Source of the DNA: Gammaproteobacteria bacterium
Lineage (GTDB): Bacteria; Pseudomonadota; Gammaproteobacteria; JABABF01; JAHRAO01
Length of the DNA: 64,000 nt
NCBI GenBank assembly: GCA_020027215.1
Contig: JAHRAO010000003.1
Location: 10,718-74,717, forward strand
Reading direction: 5' to 3'
Numbering within the stretch: the first letter of the stretch is position 1; every line of letters begins with the position of its first letter. The translations under genes were made by a program, and so were the position numbers. Of this stretch, positions 54,288 through 62,251 are shown in pieces. A model generated the notes under the pieces. The model searched no databases. It saw only the letters and a program-made list of their open reading frames with translations, and was not told the DNA's origin.

Positions 54288-56644
54288 GTCAACCAGCGCT
54301 TCGACACACTTACAGCACTTACTATACTTGGTCGCATCCGCTCAATGACCAAGTGATTGCCCATAAAGACGGTGCCGTATCATTGATGTGGTCATCGAAC
54401 GGGGTGGATAGCGAATTGATGAACGAGCGTGAGTGCCTGAATTGTTGGGAAGTGTACTATCGTTTACTCCATGCTATTCCATTGCATTACGCCTTAGAAA
54501 TCCATGCGTGGCGAGAAAGCGACGATCAATTGGCACAGAACTACTTAGCACAAAACAAACGTATTCAGCGTGCGCAGACATTAGCCACTATGGTGCGCCA
54601 CAAAATGGCGGCACATCTTTCGGAGTATGCCCGCACCAACCAAGTGATGTTTGTTTTAGTCAAATTGCCACCGCATAAGCATTTTTTTCGCCCTCAATCA
54701 CTGCTCGTTCAACAAAAAAAAACAGCCCACGAATTAGTCCAAACGGCGCAGCGGCTCATCCGTTTATTAGGGAATGGAAGCATTGTCTCCACTCAAATTT
54801 ACTGCCATAAAATTATTCAATCTTTTTCTCGCGCCCATTACCATCCCCATCAACAAATCAATATTCACCCCTATTTATTTTTAGATGAACAATTGATCAC
54901 TGACACACCCATCATAGAGCGCAATCAATTACGTTTAGGCAATCAGTACACCAAAGTCATGCTCTTGCATCTTTATCCCAACGCGACGCCAGGCTGGGCA
55001 AATTACCTGCTGACTCTTCCCGCCACTCTCCATATTACACAAATTATTCTACCCATCAACACCCAACTCCATATGCGGCAAACTGAACGCGAAGAGGACA
55101 TAGTGGTCGGCATGCGTTCGGGGCGGGATAGGGAATACAGTCAAAAAAATATTGGTGATTTAGCTGGTTTTCGCCATTTTGTCGTCGAAAATAACTTATC
55201 CATTTTTCGCAATTGTTTTATTGTCCATATTCACAGTGAAACAGAAGAACAACTACATAAAACAGTTGAACTCGTCCAAGATTGGGTGCAACGACAAGGC
55301 GGCGTATGGAAAACTGCCGAATATATGCAACTGCCTTTTTTTCGGCTTGCCCAACCCGGACAAGGTTATCGGAGTGGGATTTTTCGTCCAGATCACACAT
55401 GGCAAATCGGGGATATGATGCCATTACAGGTATACCAAACGGGGACTGACCGCCCCGAATCATTACGCCTCGGCACCGGATCACAGCTCGTTGGATTGTC
55501 CATCGGTGACGAAAGCATTGCCCACAGTTTCACCATCGCCATGACCGGTGCAGGCAAAGGTGTGGAAAAGGGAACCTGTATATTAGAAACCTATCCTTTG
55601 GGGATTGATTGGTATATTGCGGAGGTCGGTCAATCTTACCGCTGGATTGTAGAAGGGTGTGGAGGGTGTTACACCACCATAGATCCAGACAAAAATGTCG
55701 TCAATCCGTTACCGCCATATCAACTAGCCAATAGCGATCATACACTACCATTGGATGCCAAAATTGTGGGAGGGACGGTGCAAACACTCGGTTTTTTACT
55801 GACCGAAGGGGCAGTGACCCTCAACGCACATCAAAATGCCGCTGCGCAAGTCTGTTTGCAACAGTTATATATCCAGCCCACCGTGGATTCTATTGCCCCC
55901 ACCCTCGGTGATTATCAGCGTATTTTGAACACTGCCGACCATTTTGACAATCAATACCAACGCGATGCGGCGCGCACAATGGCGGCCAATTTAGAAAGTT
56001 TTTTATCCACAGCCGAAGGGCGTCTTTTTCATAGTCAAGAAAACTTTACTTTATCTGAAGGTATTGCGGGAGTCGATCTAAAAGATGTGATGCATGCTTC
56101 GCCGACCCTGTTGAAGTTTTATCTCGTTTTTCTTTCCGTGCGCATGGCGCAATTGGCATTTTATCGCGCCAACACGGCGCGCATTTTATTAGATGAAATG
56201 CATGTTTTTGCCAATAGTTTCCCCGAAGTGATCGGTCCTTTAATCAGCGGTATTGCACGCATGGGGCGCAAAAACGCCGGTTATATTGATCTGATTACGC
56301 AAGGAATTAAAGAAATAGATTGTTTAGAGCCAGAAATACTCAACTCTATGCCTTTGCGTACCCTTCTGTATCGCCCAGATGGGCATAACGAGATAGCCGA
56401 CCGCATCGCGATGCGTGACGGAGTTTTACAAAAATGGAAAGAGATGCCTTACCCAGAAAAACTCCCCTATCGCCCCGGTTTATGTTCGGTCGGTAATCAA
56501 TGGTTCAATTTACATTTAACTGTCCCCGTTGAAGTCATGGCGATGACCGATACCAGTCAACTAGCACGCAAAGAACGCATTGCTCGTATGACCAGCGATC
56601 CCATTGAACGGATACGATTATTTTATGCAGGAGAAGAAGAATGA
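54284..56644 (+). CDS. virB4: T4SS ATPase VirB4/TrbE-like (786 aa) with an atypical P-loop
   Basis: VirB4-like size. The C-terminal NTPase domain has P-loop-like AMTGAGKGVEKGT, Walker B ILLDEMHVF, and a downstream DLITQG (the conserved TQ of VirB4/TrbE). The start ATG at 54284 is in frame within track ORF 54125-56644. Confidence 0.6.
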   Translation: MSQPALRHTYSTYYTWSHPLNDQVIAHKDGAVSLMWSSNGVDSELMNERECLNCWEVYYRLLHAIPLHYALEIHAWRESDDQLAQNYLAQNKRIQRAQTLATMVRHKMAAHLSEYARTNQVMFVLVKLPPHKHFFRPQSLLVQQKKTAHELVQTAQRLIRLLGNGSIVSTQIYCHKIIQSFSRAHYHPHQQINIHPYLFLDEQLITDTPIIERNQLRLGNQYTKVMLLHLYPNATPGWANYLLTLPATLHITQIILPINTQLHMRQTEREEDIVVGMRSGRDREYSQKNIGDLAGFRHFVVENNLSIFRNCFIVHIHSETEEQLHKTVELVQDWVQRQGGVWKTAEYMQLPFFRLAQPGQGYRSGIFRPDHTWQIGDMMPLQVYQTGTDRPESLRLGTGSQLVGLSIGDESIAHSFTIAMTGAGKGVEKGTCILETYPLGIDWYIAEVGQSYRWIVEGCGGCYTTIDPDKNVVNPLPPYQLANSDHTLPLDAKIVGGTVQTLGFLLTEGAVTLNAHQNAAAQVCLQQLYIQPTVDSIAPTLGDYQRILNTADHFDNQYQRDAARTMAANLESFLSTAEGRLFHSQENFTLSEGIAGVDLKDVMHASPTLLKFYLVFLSVRMAQLAFYRANTARILLDEMHVFANSFPEVIGPLISGIARMGRKNAGYIDLITQGIKEIDCLEPEILNSMPLRTLLYRPDGHNEIADRIAMRDGVLQKWKEMPYPEKLPYRPGLCSVGNQWFNLHLTVPVEVMAMTDTSQLARKERIARMTSDPIERIRLFYAGEEE

Positions 56645-57288
56645 AATTACGACTCTATTTATTAATGCTGTGTTTAGCCCCCTCTCTAGCTTACAGCTAT
56701 GCAAGTGCACTCAATGATATCAAAATCATTGCTGAATTGCAGATGATTTACAAGCAAATTACCGAAACAATAGAACAAATACAGCAGCAAAAAGAAATTA
56801 TCCACCGGATGCAACAAACCATTGAAAGCGCTGAGCAAGATATGAATACCATTCGCAATACAAAATTGGAGGCATTGTTACACAATCCGGTGCGCAACAA
56901 ATATCGTTTGAACTCATTAGAACAAATAAGTAATTACCTCAATCAAGTCAAAGCACAAAGACAAAAATCTCCAGCGAATAGTAAAGAAAATGCTGTCTAT
57001 CAGCGTATAGAAGCACAACTCACCTCTCTGACTCAGCGCCATGAAATACTGAACTTATTAGATGAAAGCGTTGAAGATAACCTGCACACCGCAAACACAG
57101 ATGTATCTGAACGCCATAGTGCGCAAATTATGGCGCAATCGCTCAGTATAGTGGCGCAAATTGAAATTAAGCGAGAGAAAAGAGCGTTAGCACAAGAAAA
57201 AACTAACGCCGTCTCTGCCGAAATGGAATACAAAGTCGTAGAAATGCAGAGTGAGTTAGGTGAGTTAATTAAAAGGAGCGGTTGGTAG
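56641..57288 (+). CDS. VirB5/TrbJ-like secreted alpha-helical minor pilus/adhesin protein (putative)
   Basis: Signal peptide LYLLMLCLAPSLAYSYA, about 195 aa mature, and predicted all-helical/coiled coil. ATGA overlap with virB4. Position is between B4 and B6. Confidence 0.4.
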   Translation: MKLRLYLLMLCLAPSLAYSYASALNDIKIIAELQMIYKQITETIEQIQQQKEIIHRMQQTIESAEQDMNTIRNTKLEALLHNPVRNKYRLNSLEQISNYLNQVKAQRQKSPANSKENAVYQRIEAQLTSLTQRHEILNLLDESVEDNLHTANTDVSERHSAQIMAQSLSIVAQIEIKREKRALAQEKTNAVSAEMEYKVVEMQSELGELIKRSGW

Positions 57289-57289
57289 T

Positions 57290-58423
57290 ATGGAGTGGCA
57301 CAATTTAGGCACCTTATTAAATGCGCAATATATCTACGAAGGGGGAAAAAACCTCTCCTTTTTTATTGCGGGAACCATTACGCCCGTATTGTTAGTCATC
57401 AATTTATGGATACGTTTAGCGCGTCATCAAATGGACACTTTGACTGCCGGGCAAGGGAAATGGTCGGCATTGGCAAAAGATTTAGCGATTTGGTTGCCCA
57501 TTTTGGGGTTGTACTTTGCCCTTGCCCACCTGTTGAGTGGTGTATTACAACCTATCTATAACGCATTTAGTTCATTCGGCACTCTCGGACAAACTTTTGA
57601 TCTCTTTAAGAAGCTGCTTGAAGTTGAGAGCCCCGAAGCATCGGTGTTATCTTTTGTGAGCAATCTATCGCTCATTCTGCCCTGGATGCTCTATTATTTG
57701 TCCAGTTTAATTGCCAGCATCATCATCATTTTTATGAAAATGGCGCATGCGGTCGCCTATAGCATTGCGCTATGCTGGGGATTAATTGCCATTCCATTAT
57801 CTATTGGCGGTTTTAAGGTATTGCGCGGATGGGCTATTTTAGGGGGCACAGTTTTACTATGGCCGATTATGCACTACATGTGCTTTGCACTTTTTAATCC
57901 CGTTTTTAGCAAAATTATTACCTCTATTGACACCGGAACGCTAGGCGATACTTCGGTTAAATTGCAATTTTATTTGCTCCTCAATATTATCAATTTCATC
58001 ACTGCTGCTATTTCCATTAGTGCTCCTTTTATTGCATCGGCACTCATCAACAATAGCGGTGCCATAGGAAGCATCGTGACTCCTATGGCGACCGCCGCAT
58101 TAGCAACGGCAGCTATAGCCGCACAAACGACCAGCAAGCACATGCAACAAAACAGTAATAAAACAGATGGGGGATCTCATCGCAAACGGTACGGTACACA
58201 ACAAACACCGCAGCCCGATAAAACAAATCCGACGAGTAGAGGAAGCCATGGGTCGTTCTCGCCCACACAACAGCCACCCACACCGCATCATAGCCCGCGC
58301 AGCGATCGCCATTCTCCCTCCATAGCGGATACAAAAAATGAGGCGCACGACAAGCCCGCCGCACTTCCCGCACCGCCACCATCTAATCGTTTGTTACCCC
58401 CTCCTCCTCAATTGAAGAACTAA
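57290..58423 (+). CDS. virB6: VirB6/TrbL-like polytopic inner-membrane protein with a Pro/Ser/His-rich C-terminal tail
   Basis: At least 6 TM helices over residues 1-280, then about 95 aa of low-complexity tail (QTPQPDKTNPTSRGSHGSFSPTQQPPTPHHSPRSDRHSPS...PAPPPSNRLLPPPPQLKN). Confidence 0.5.
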   Translation: MEWHNLGTLLNAQYIYEGGKNLSFFIAGTITPVLLVINLWIRLARHQMDTLTAGQGKWSALAKDLAIWLPILGLYFALAHLLSGVLQPIYNAFSSFGTLGQTFDLFKKLLEVESPEASVLSFVSNLSLILPWMLYYLSSLIASIIIIFMKMAHAVAYSIALCWGLIAIPLSIGGFKVLRGWAILGGTVLLWPIMHYMCFALFNPVFSKIITSIDTGTLGDTSVKLQFYLLLNIINFITAAISISAPFIASALINNSGAIGSIVTPMATAALATAAIAAQTTSKHMQQNSNKTDGGSHRKRYGTQQTPQPDKTNPTSRGSHGSFSPTQQPPTPHHSPRSDRHSPSIADTKNEAHDKPAALPAPPPSNRLLPPPPQLKN

Positions 58424-58425
58424 TA

Positions 58426-59106
58426 ATGACTCCCGACCGCCCAGATACCTCATCAGATGTGCATACTGCACAATGGAATCCTTTAGCGCGTCGTTTTGCC
58501 CGCTCACCACAAATGATGGTTTTGCGTTTAGCGCGCTACGCATTGCTCGGTTGGGTACTCTTTTTTATTGTGCTCATTACTTTTGTGTTGCACGCCATGA
58601 TCGCCACACTACGCCCAGTCCCTGTTATTGCGGTGAATGAACGCGGCGAAGTTATCGGTGAATTTGAGTATCTCAACAATGCAATGCGCACCGATGAAGA
58701 GGTAATTGCCGCCTCTATGTATTTCGTAGAACGCTATTTATCTTTGAATAGTGCATCTATTTATGATGATTACGCCATAGCGCTGTCCATGATGTCACCC
58801 GCTATGCAAGAAAAAACGCTGGATGAAATTAAAGCCACCGGGTATCTCAAACGCATTGCCAACTCGGCAATACATAGCCATATTGAATATCATGCACCAC
58901 CGACACTCTTGCAACGTAAAGGTGCGGAAGTCATGGTGCATTTAATAGGAAACATGGTCGTCATCGGTACAACGCAGCAAGACGGCGAACAAACAAAAAA
59001 GGCTTTTGATATGACCCTACTAGCCGAAATGGTGCCACGCACCATTAGACAAACTCAAGGAATACACATATTAGACATCCGTCAAACTCAAGGGAACACG
59101 GAATGA
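58426..59106 (+). CDS. virB8: VirB8/TrbF-like bitopic protein
   Basis: 226 aa: a cytoplasmic N-terminus, a single TM (LLGWVLFFIVLITFVLHAMIA), and a periplasmic NTF2-like-sized domain. Starts 3 nt after the virB6 stop. Confidence 0.5.
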   Translation: MTPDRPDTSSDVHTAQWNPLARRFARSPQMMVLRLARYALLGWVLFFIVLITFVLHAMIATLRPVPVIAVNERGEVIGEFEYLNNAMRTDEEVIAASMYFVERYLSLNSASIYDDYAIALSMMSPAMQEKTLDEIKATGYLKRIANSAIHSHIEYHAPPTLLQRKGAEVMVHLIGNMVVIGTTQQDGEQTKKAFDMTLLAEMVPRTIRQTQGIHILDIRQTQGNTE

Positions 59107-60014
59107 ATTATAAAGGTATGTTGCGCGTGGGGGTCAGCATATTAGCGATCTGCGCACAGAGCAGTTGGAGTGATGTCATGCCTGTAGTGCGCACGGTCAC
59201 CTTACAACCGCACACTATTCTGCATGTCAAATTGGTCCCCGACTTAGGCTCACGCTTTATATTTCCTTTTATTTTAGATAAAGCGGGCGGAACAGTCCCT
59301 TTCACTTTGAATATGACTAATCCCGTCTTTGCACATCATCGGGCGGAAGGGCGCAATTTTTTTACAGTGGAAATTGATCCCCAAAATAACAACGAATCAT
59401 TTGATTTATATTTTGGCAATTTATTTGTGACCGTCGGCGACTATAACATTTCCATTTTATTATCGTCAACCAATAATTTACAAGAGCATATCAGCGATTA
59501 TATTTTTCGCTTAGACGATGAAAAAGCACATGAATTGATTGAGGAAAAAATTGCTCATCGCGTCGGTGCGCTCGTCAAACAATATAAAAGCAAAATGGCA
59601 CGTCTCGATCAGCAGGCACAACAGTTAGCTTTAGAAAAAATGGTGCATATCGTGCGGCACAAGCCACAAATCAAACGCGTGCGCGAAAATAATAGGGTAG
59701 AAACTGCCCAAGGCGATATCGTATTAGAATGGCATAGTATATCCAGTTACGGGAAGTTGTTACATATCATCCGCTACTCCATTAATAATAGCAGCACGAA
59801 AGACATTGACATTCATAGCGTTGCAATCACTGCCACAAAAAATGATGTGCCAGCACAATTAATCTCTGGAGTCAATCAAGGGCCGCAGTATCTACCCGCT
59901 GGCAAAAAAGTCGGTGCCGTTTTTGCGACCGATTCTTCTTTAGTTCGCGATTATCGCTATCAAATTTCCCTCACCCTCCAAACGAGTATGGGGCACTTAC
60001 AAGTAAAATGGTAA
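59103..60014 (+). CDS. virB9: VirB9/TrbG-like periplasmic/outer-membrane channel subunit (putative) with a central coiled-coil insertion
   Basis: Signal peptide (VSILAICAQSSWS), beta-rich N-terminal and C-terminal domains separated by a helical segment (DDEKAHELIEEKIAHRVGALVKQYKSKMARLDQQAQQLALEKM). ATGA overlap with virB8. Sits immediately before the B10-like gene. Confidence 0.4.
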   Translation: MNYKGMLRVGVSILAICAQSSWSDVMPVVRTVTLQPHTILHVKLVPDLGSRFIFPFILDKAGGTVPFTLNMTNPVFAHHRAEGRNFFTVEIDPQNNNESFDLYFGNLFVTVGDYNISILLSSTNNLQEHISDYIFRLDDEKAHELIEEKIAHRVGALVKQYKSKMARLDQQAQQLALEKMVHIVRHKPQIKRVRENNRVETAQGDIVLEWHSISSYGKLLHIIRYSINNSSTKDIDIHSVAITATKNDVPAQLISGVNQGPQYLPAGKKVGAVFATDSSLVRDYRYQISLTLQTSMGHLQVKW

Positions 60015-60925
60015 TGCGCCCGCTGTTACATAGCTCCCTTCTTATGGTGATCGGTATAGCGTGGCATCATGCGGTATACGCCCAAACGAATGAAAGGATT
60101 ATTACTGCCGATATGCTACGCCATCTCTCACACGAATCGTATCATCGGCACAAGCACAATCGTGCTCCAGTTTATCCGGGCAAGATTGCGGCATTTATGC
60201 ATGAAATGCTCCCCTCAGAAATCAGTGCCACTAATACAAAGAATTTGCCGCCACCGCCTTCATCCACCAAAATAACTTCTACAGAAGACGAAAAGCCACC
60301 TCAAATGATTGTCGTCACACCACTACCACCTCACCCTAGTTCCACACACATTTACTTCCCACCCCAACGGGTGGTGACAAAATCTCATAGCGACGACATT
60401 CACCAACCCAAGAAAAAATCATTTGGCATTGATATTGGAAAATGGATTAAAGGTAAAATTAAGCGGCAACTTACAAACGCCGACCCCGGACTCATTGAAA
60501 TCATCGTCACCGAAGCGGTCAAGGGTCGTGTACGCACTGTGCCAGCAGGAAGTATTCTGTTCGCACAAAAATATTACAATCAAGGGACTCTCAAGTTAGA
60601 TCTCATCGTGCAAAGAGGATTGTTACCCGATGGCGAAGAATTTCCCATAAAGGGGTTGATTTATAATACTCAGTTCCACGCCGGTTTAGTCGGGCAAGTG
60701 ATTAAAAATAAAGATTTTAATAAAAACAAATTGTCCAAAGCCCTTATACAGAGCGGTAAAAAAATATTACAGACCCACATCGGCACTCAATCCACCGCGC
60801 CTTTAGTGTCTGTTGCCGGCGATGCAGCCTTCTCACCGTTAGCACCAACGATGAACGCTAAACTACCCTACATTATTTCGGTTGCCCCACAGCAGGTCAA
60901 CATTCAAGTGCAAAAAAGCTTTTAG
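60008..60925 (+). CDS. virB10: VirB10/TrbI-like protein
   Basis: Short N-terminus plus a TM helix, a Pro-rich linker (LPPPPSSTKITSTEDEKPPQMIVVTPLPPHPSS), and a C-terminal domain with RVRTVPAGSILFAQ resembling the TrbI/VirB10 (R/T)hPAGThI motif. An alternative start is ATG 60014. Confidence 0.55.
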   Translation: MVMRPLLHSSLLMVIGIAWHHAVYAQTNERIITADMLRHLSHESYHRHKHNRAPVYPGKIAAFMHEMLPSEISATNTKNLPPPPSSTKITSTEDEKPPQMIVVTPLPPHPSSTHIYFPPQRVVTKSHSDDIHQPKKKSFGIDIGKWIKGKIKRQLTNADPGLIEIIVTEAVKGRVRTVPAGSILFAQKYYNQGTLKLDLIVQRGLLPDGEEFPIKGLIYNTQFHAGLVGQVIKNKDFNKNKLSKALIQSGKKILQTHIGTQSTAPLVSVAGDAAFSPLAPTMNAKLPYIISVAPQQVNIQVQKSF

Positions 60926-61000
60926 CGATACCCTATTCATTGCTTGAGAAAGCAAGGAGGCAGCGATACATGGTAGTGAAAACATTTATAATAATCATTA

Positions 61001-62251
61001 ATGAAAATTGTCATTATCGGCGGTGGCGTGGTGGGGGTCAGTAGTGCTTACGCCCTTGCGCGACGCGGACACGACATCACTTTATTAGAATCTTCATCGC
61101 GAGTCGGCGAACAAACCAGTTATGCCAATGGTGGGCAATTATCCTATACGCAAGTTGAACCGATTGCCAATGCCTATTTATGGAGGCAATTGCCACGCCT
61201 GTTGCTCGGGCGTGACCCAGCATTTCGCATCACGCATTTATTTGATAGTACATTGTTGCGCTGGGCAGTTCAATTTTTGCGCGCCTGCCATAGCCAGCAA
61301 GAGCGCACAACTATCGCCAATATGCTCCGCCTCGGTTTATATACACAAACCGTTACCGCACAATACATGGCCCAAACGGAGATCCAATTCCATCATAGAC
61401 ACAGTGGAAAGCTATGTATTTTTCAATGCCCAAAAGCATGGCAGGAATCCATAAAACGGAAAACAATTAAAAATCAAAACGGGGCATCCGTTCAGTCACT
61501 CAATGCCGAAGAATGTGTGGCGATAGAACCGCAATTAGCGCATAAGCAATCCCAGTTAGTGGGAGGTCTTTACGCCAAAATTGACGAATGCGGGGATAGC
61601 CATTTATTCTGCCAAGCACTGGCGCATTATTGCCAAAAAAAATATACGATGCAATTGATATATGATTGCCCCGTCACCGGCTGGCAATTACACAACAATC
61701 GCATCCAGGCAGTCACCAGTCACAGCGACCATTTTGCCGCCGATTATTTTATTTTATGTGCGGGAATTGACAGCGTTTCGCTCGCCAGATTGTTAGGGAT
61801 ACGCCTACCAATTTATCCATTGAAAGGCTACAGTATCACTTTACCTGCTCAATCGGGCGCACCGCAAACGAGCATCACCGATATGCAAGCCAAAGTCGTT
61901 TTCTCGCTTTTAGGGAATCATCTGCGCATTGCAGGGATTGCCGAACTGGCGGGCTACAATAAAATCATTGACAAGCACCGCGTCGAGCAATTACGCCAAG
62001 CGGGGGAAAAACTCTTTCCTCAAGCGGCAGATTACACTGCCGATCCCCATGGTTGGTGTGGATTGCGCCCCTACACTCCCGATAGTGCCCCCATTATTGG
62101 AGAAAGCCCATACACTAATTTGTTTTTCAACACAGGGCACGGTATGTTAGGATGGACACTCGCCTGTGGTTGTGCTGAAATTACTGCCGATCTCGTTGAG
62201 CACCGCACTCCCGCCATCGGCTTAGATGGACTCACTTTAGCGCGTTTTTAG
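61001..62251 (+). CDS. dadA: FAD-dependent D-amino acid dehydrogenase (DadA-like)
   Basis: MKIVIIGGGVVGVSSAYALARRGHDITLLE dinucleotide-binding N-terminus and a DAO-family length of 416 aa. Confidence 0.75.
   Translation: MKIVIIGGGVVGVSSAYALARRGHDITLLESSSRVGEQTSYANGGQLSYTQVEPIANAYLWRQLPRLLLGRDPAFRITHLFDSTLLRWAVQFLRACHSQQERTTIANMLRLGLYTQTVTAQYMAQTEIQFHHRHSGKLCIFQCPKAWQESIKRKTIKNQNGASVQSLNAEECVAIEPQLAHKQSQLVGGLYAKIDECGDSHLFCQALAHYCQKKYTMQLIYDCPVTGWQLHNNRIQAVTSHSDHFAADYFILCAGIDSVSLARLLGIRLPIYPLKGYSITLPAQSGAPQTSITDMQAKVVFSLLGNHLRIAGIAELAGYNKIIDKHRVEQLRQAGEKLFPQAADYTADPHGWCGLRPYTPDSAPIIGESPYTNLFFNTGHGMLGWTLACGCAEITADLVEHRTPAIGLDGLTLARF

Noticed and set aside
54002-55484. Minus-strand and alternative-frame ORFs (54002-54364, 54433-54678, 55179-55418, 55218-55484) inside the T4SS block
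   Set aside because: They are fully embedded in the long VirB3/VirB4 reading frames and have no independent start context or coding signal.
60941-60956. TTGCTT-GAGA-AAGCAA hairpin after virB10, a possible terminator
   Set aside because: The stem is only 6 bp, and it is followed by GGAGGCAGCG rather than a U-tract. It cannot be supported as an intrinsic terminator.
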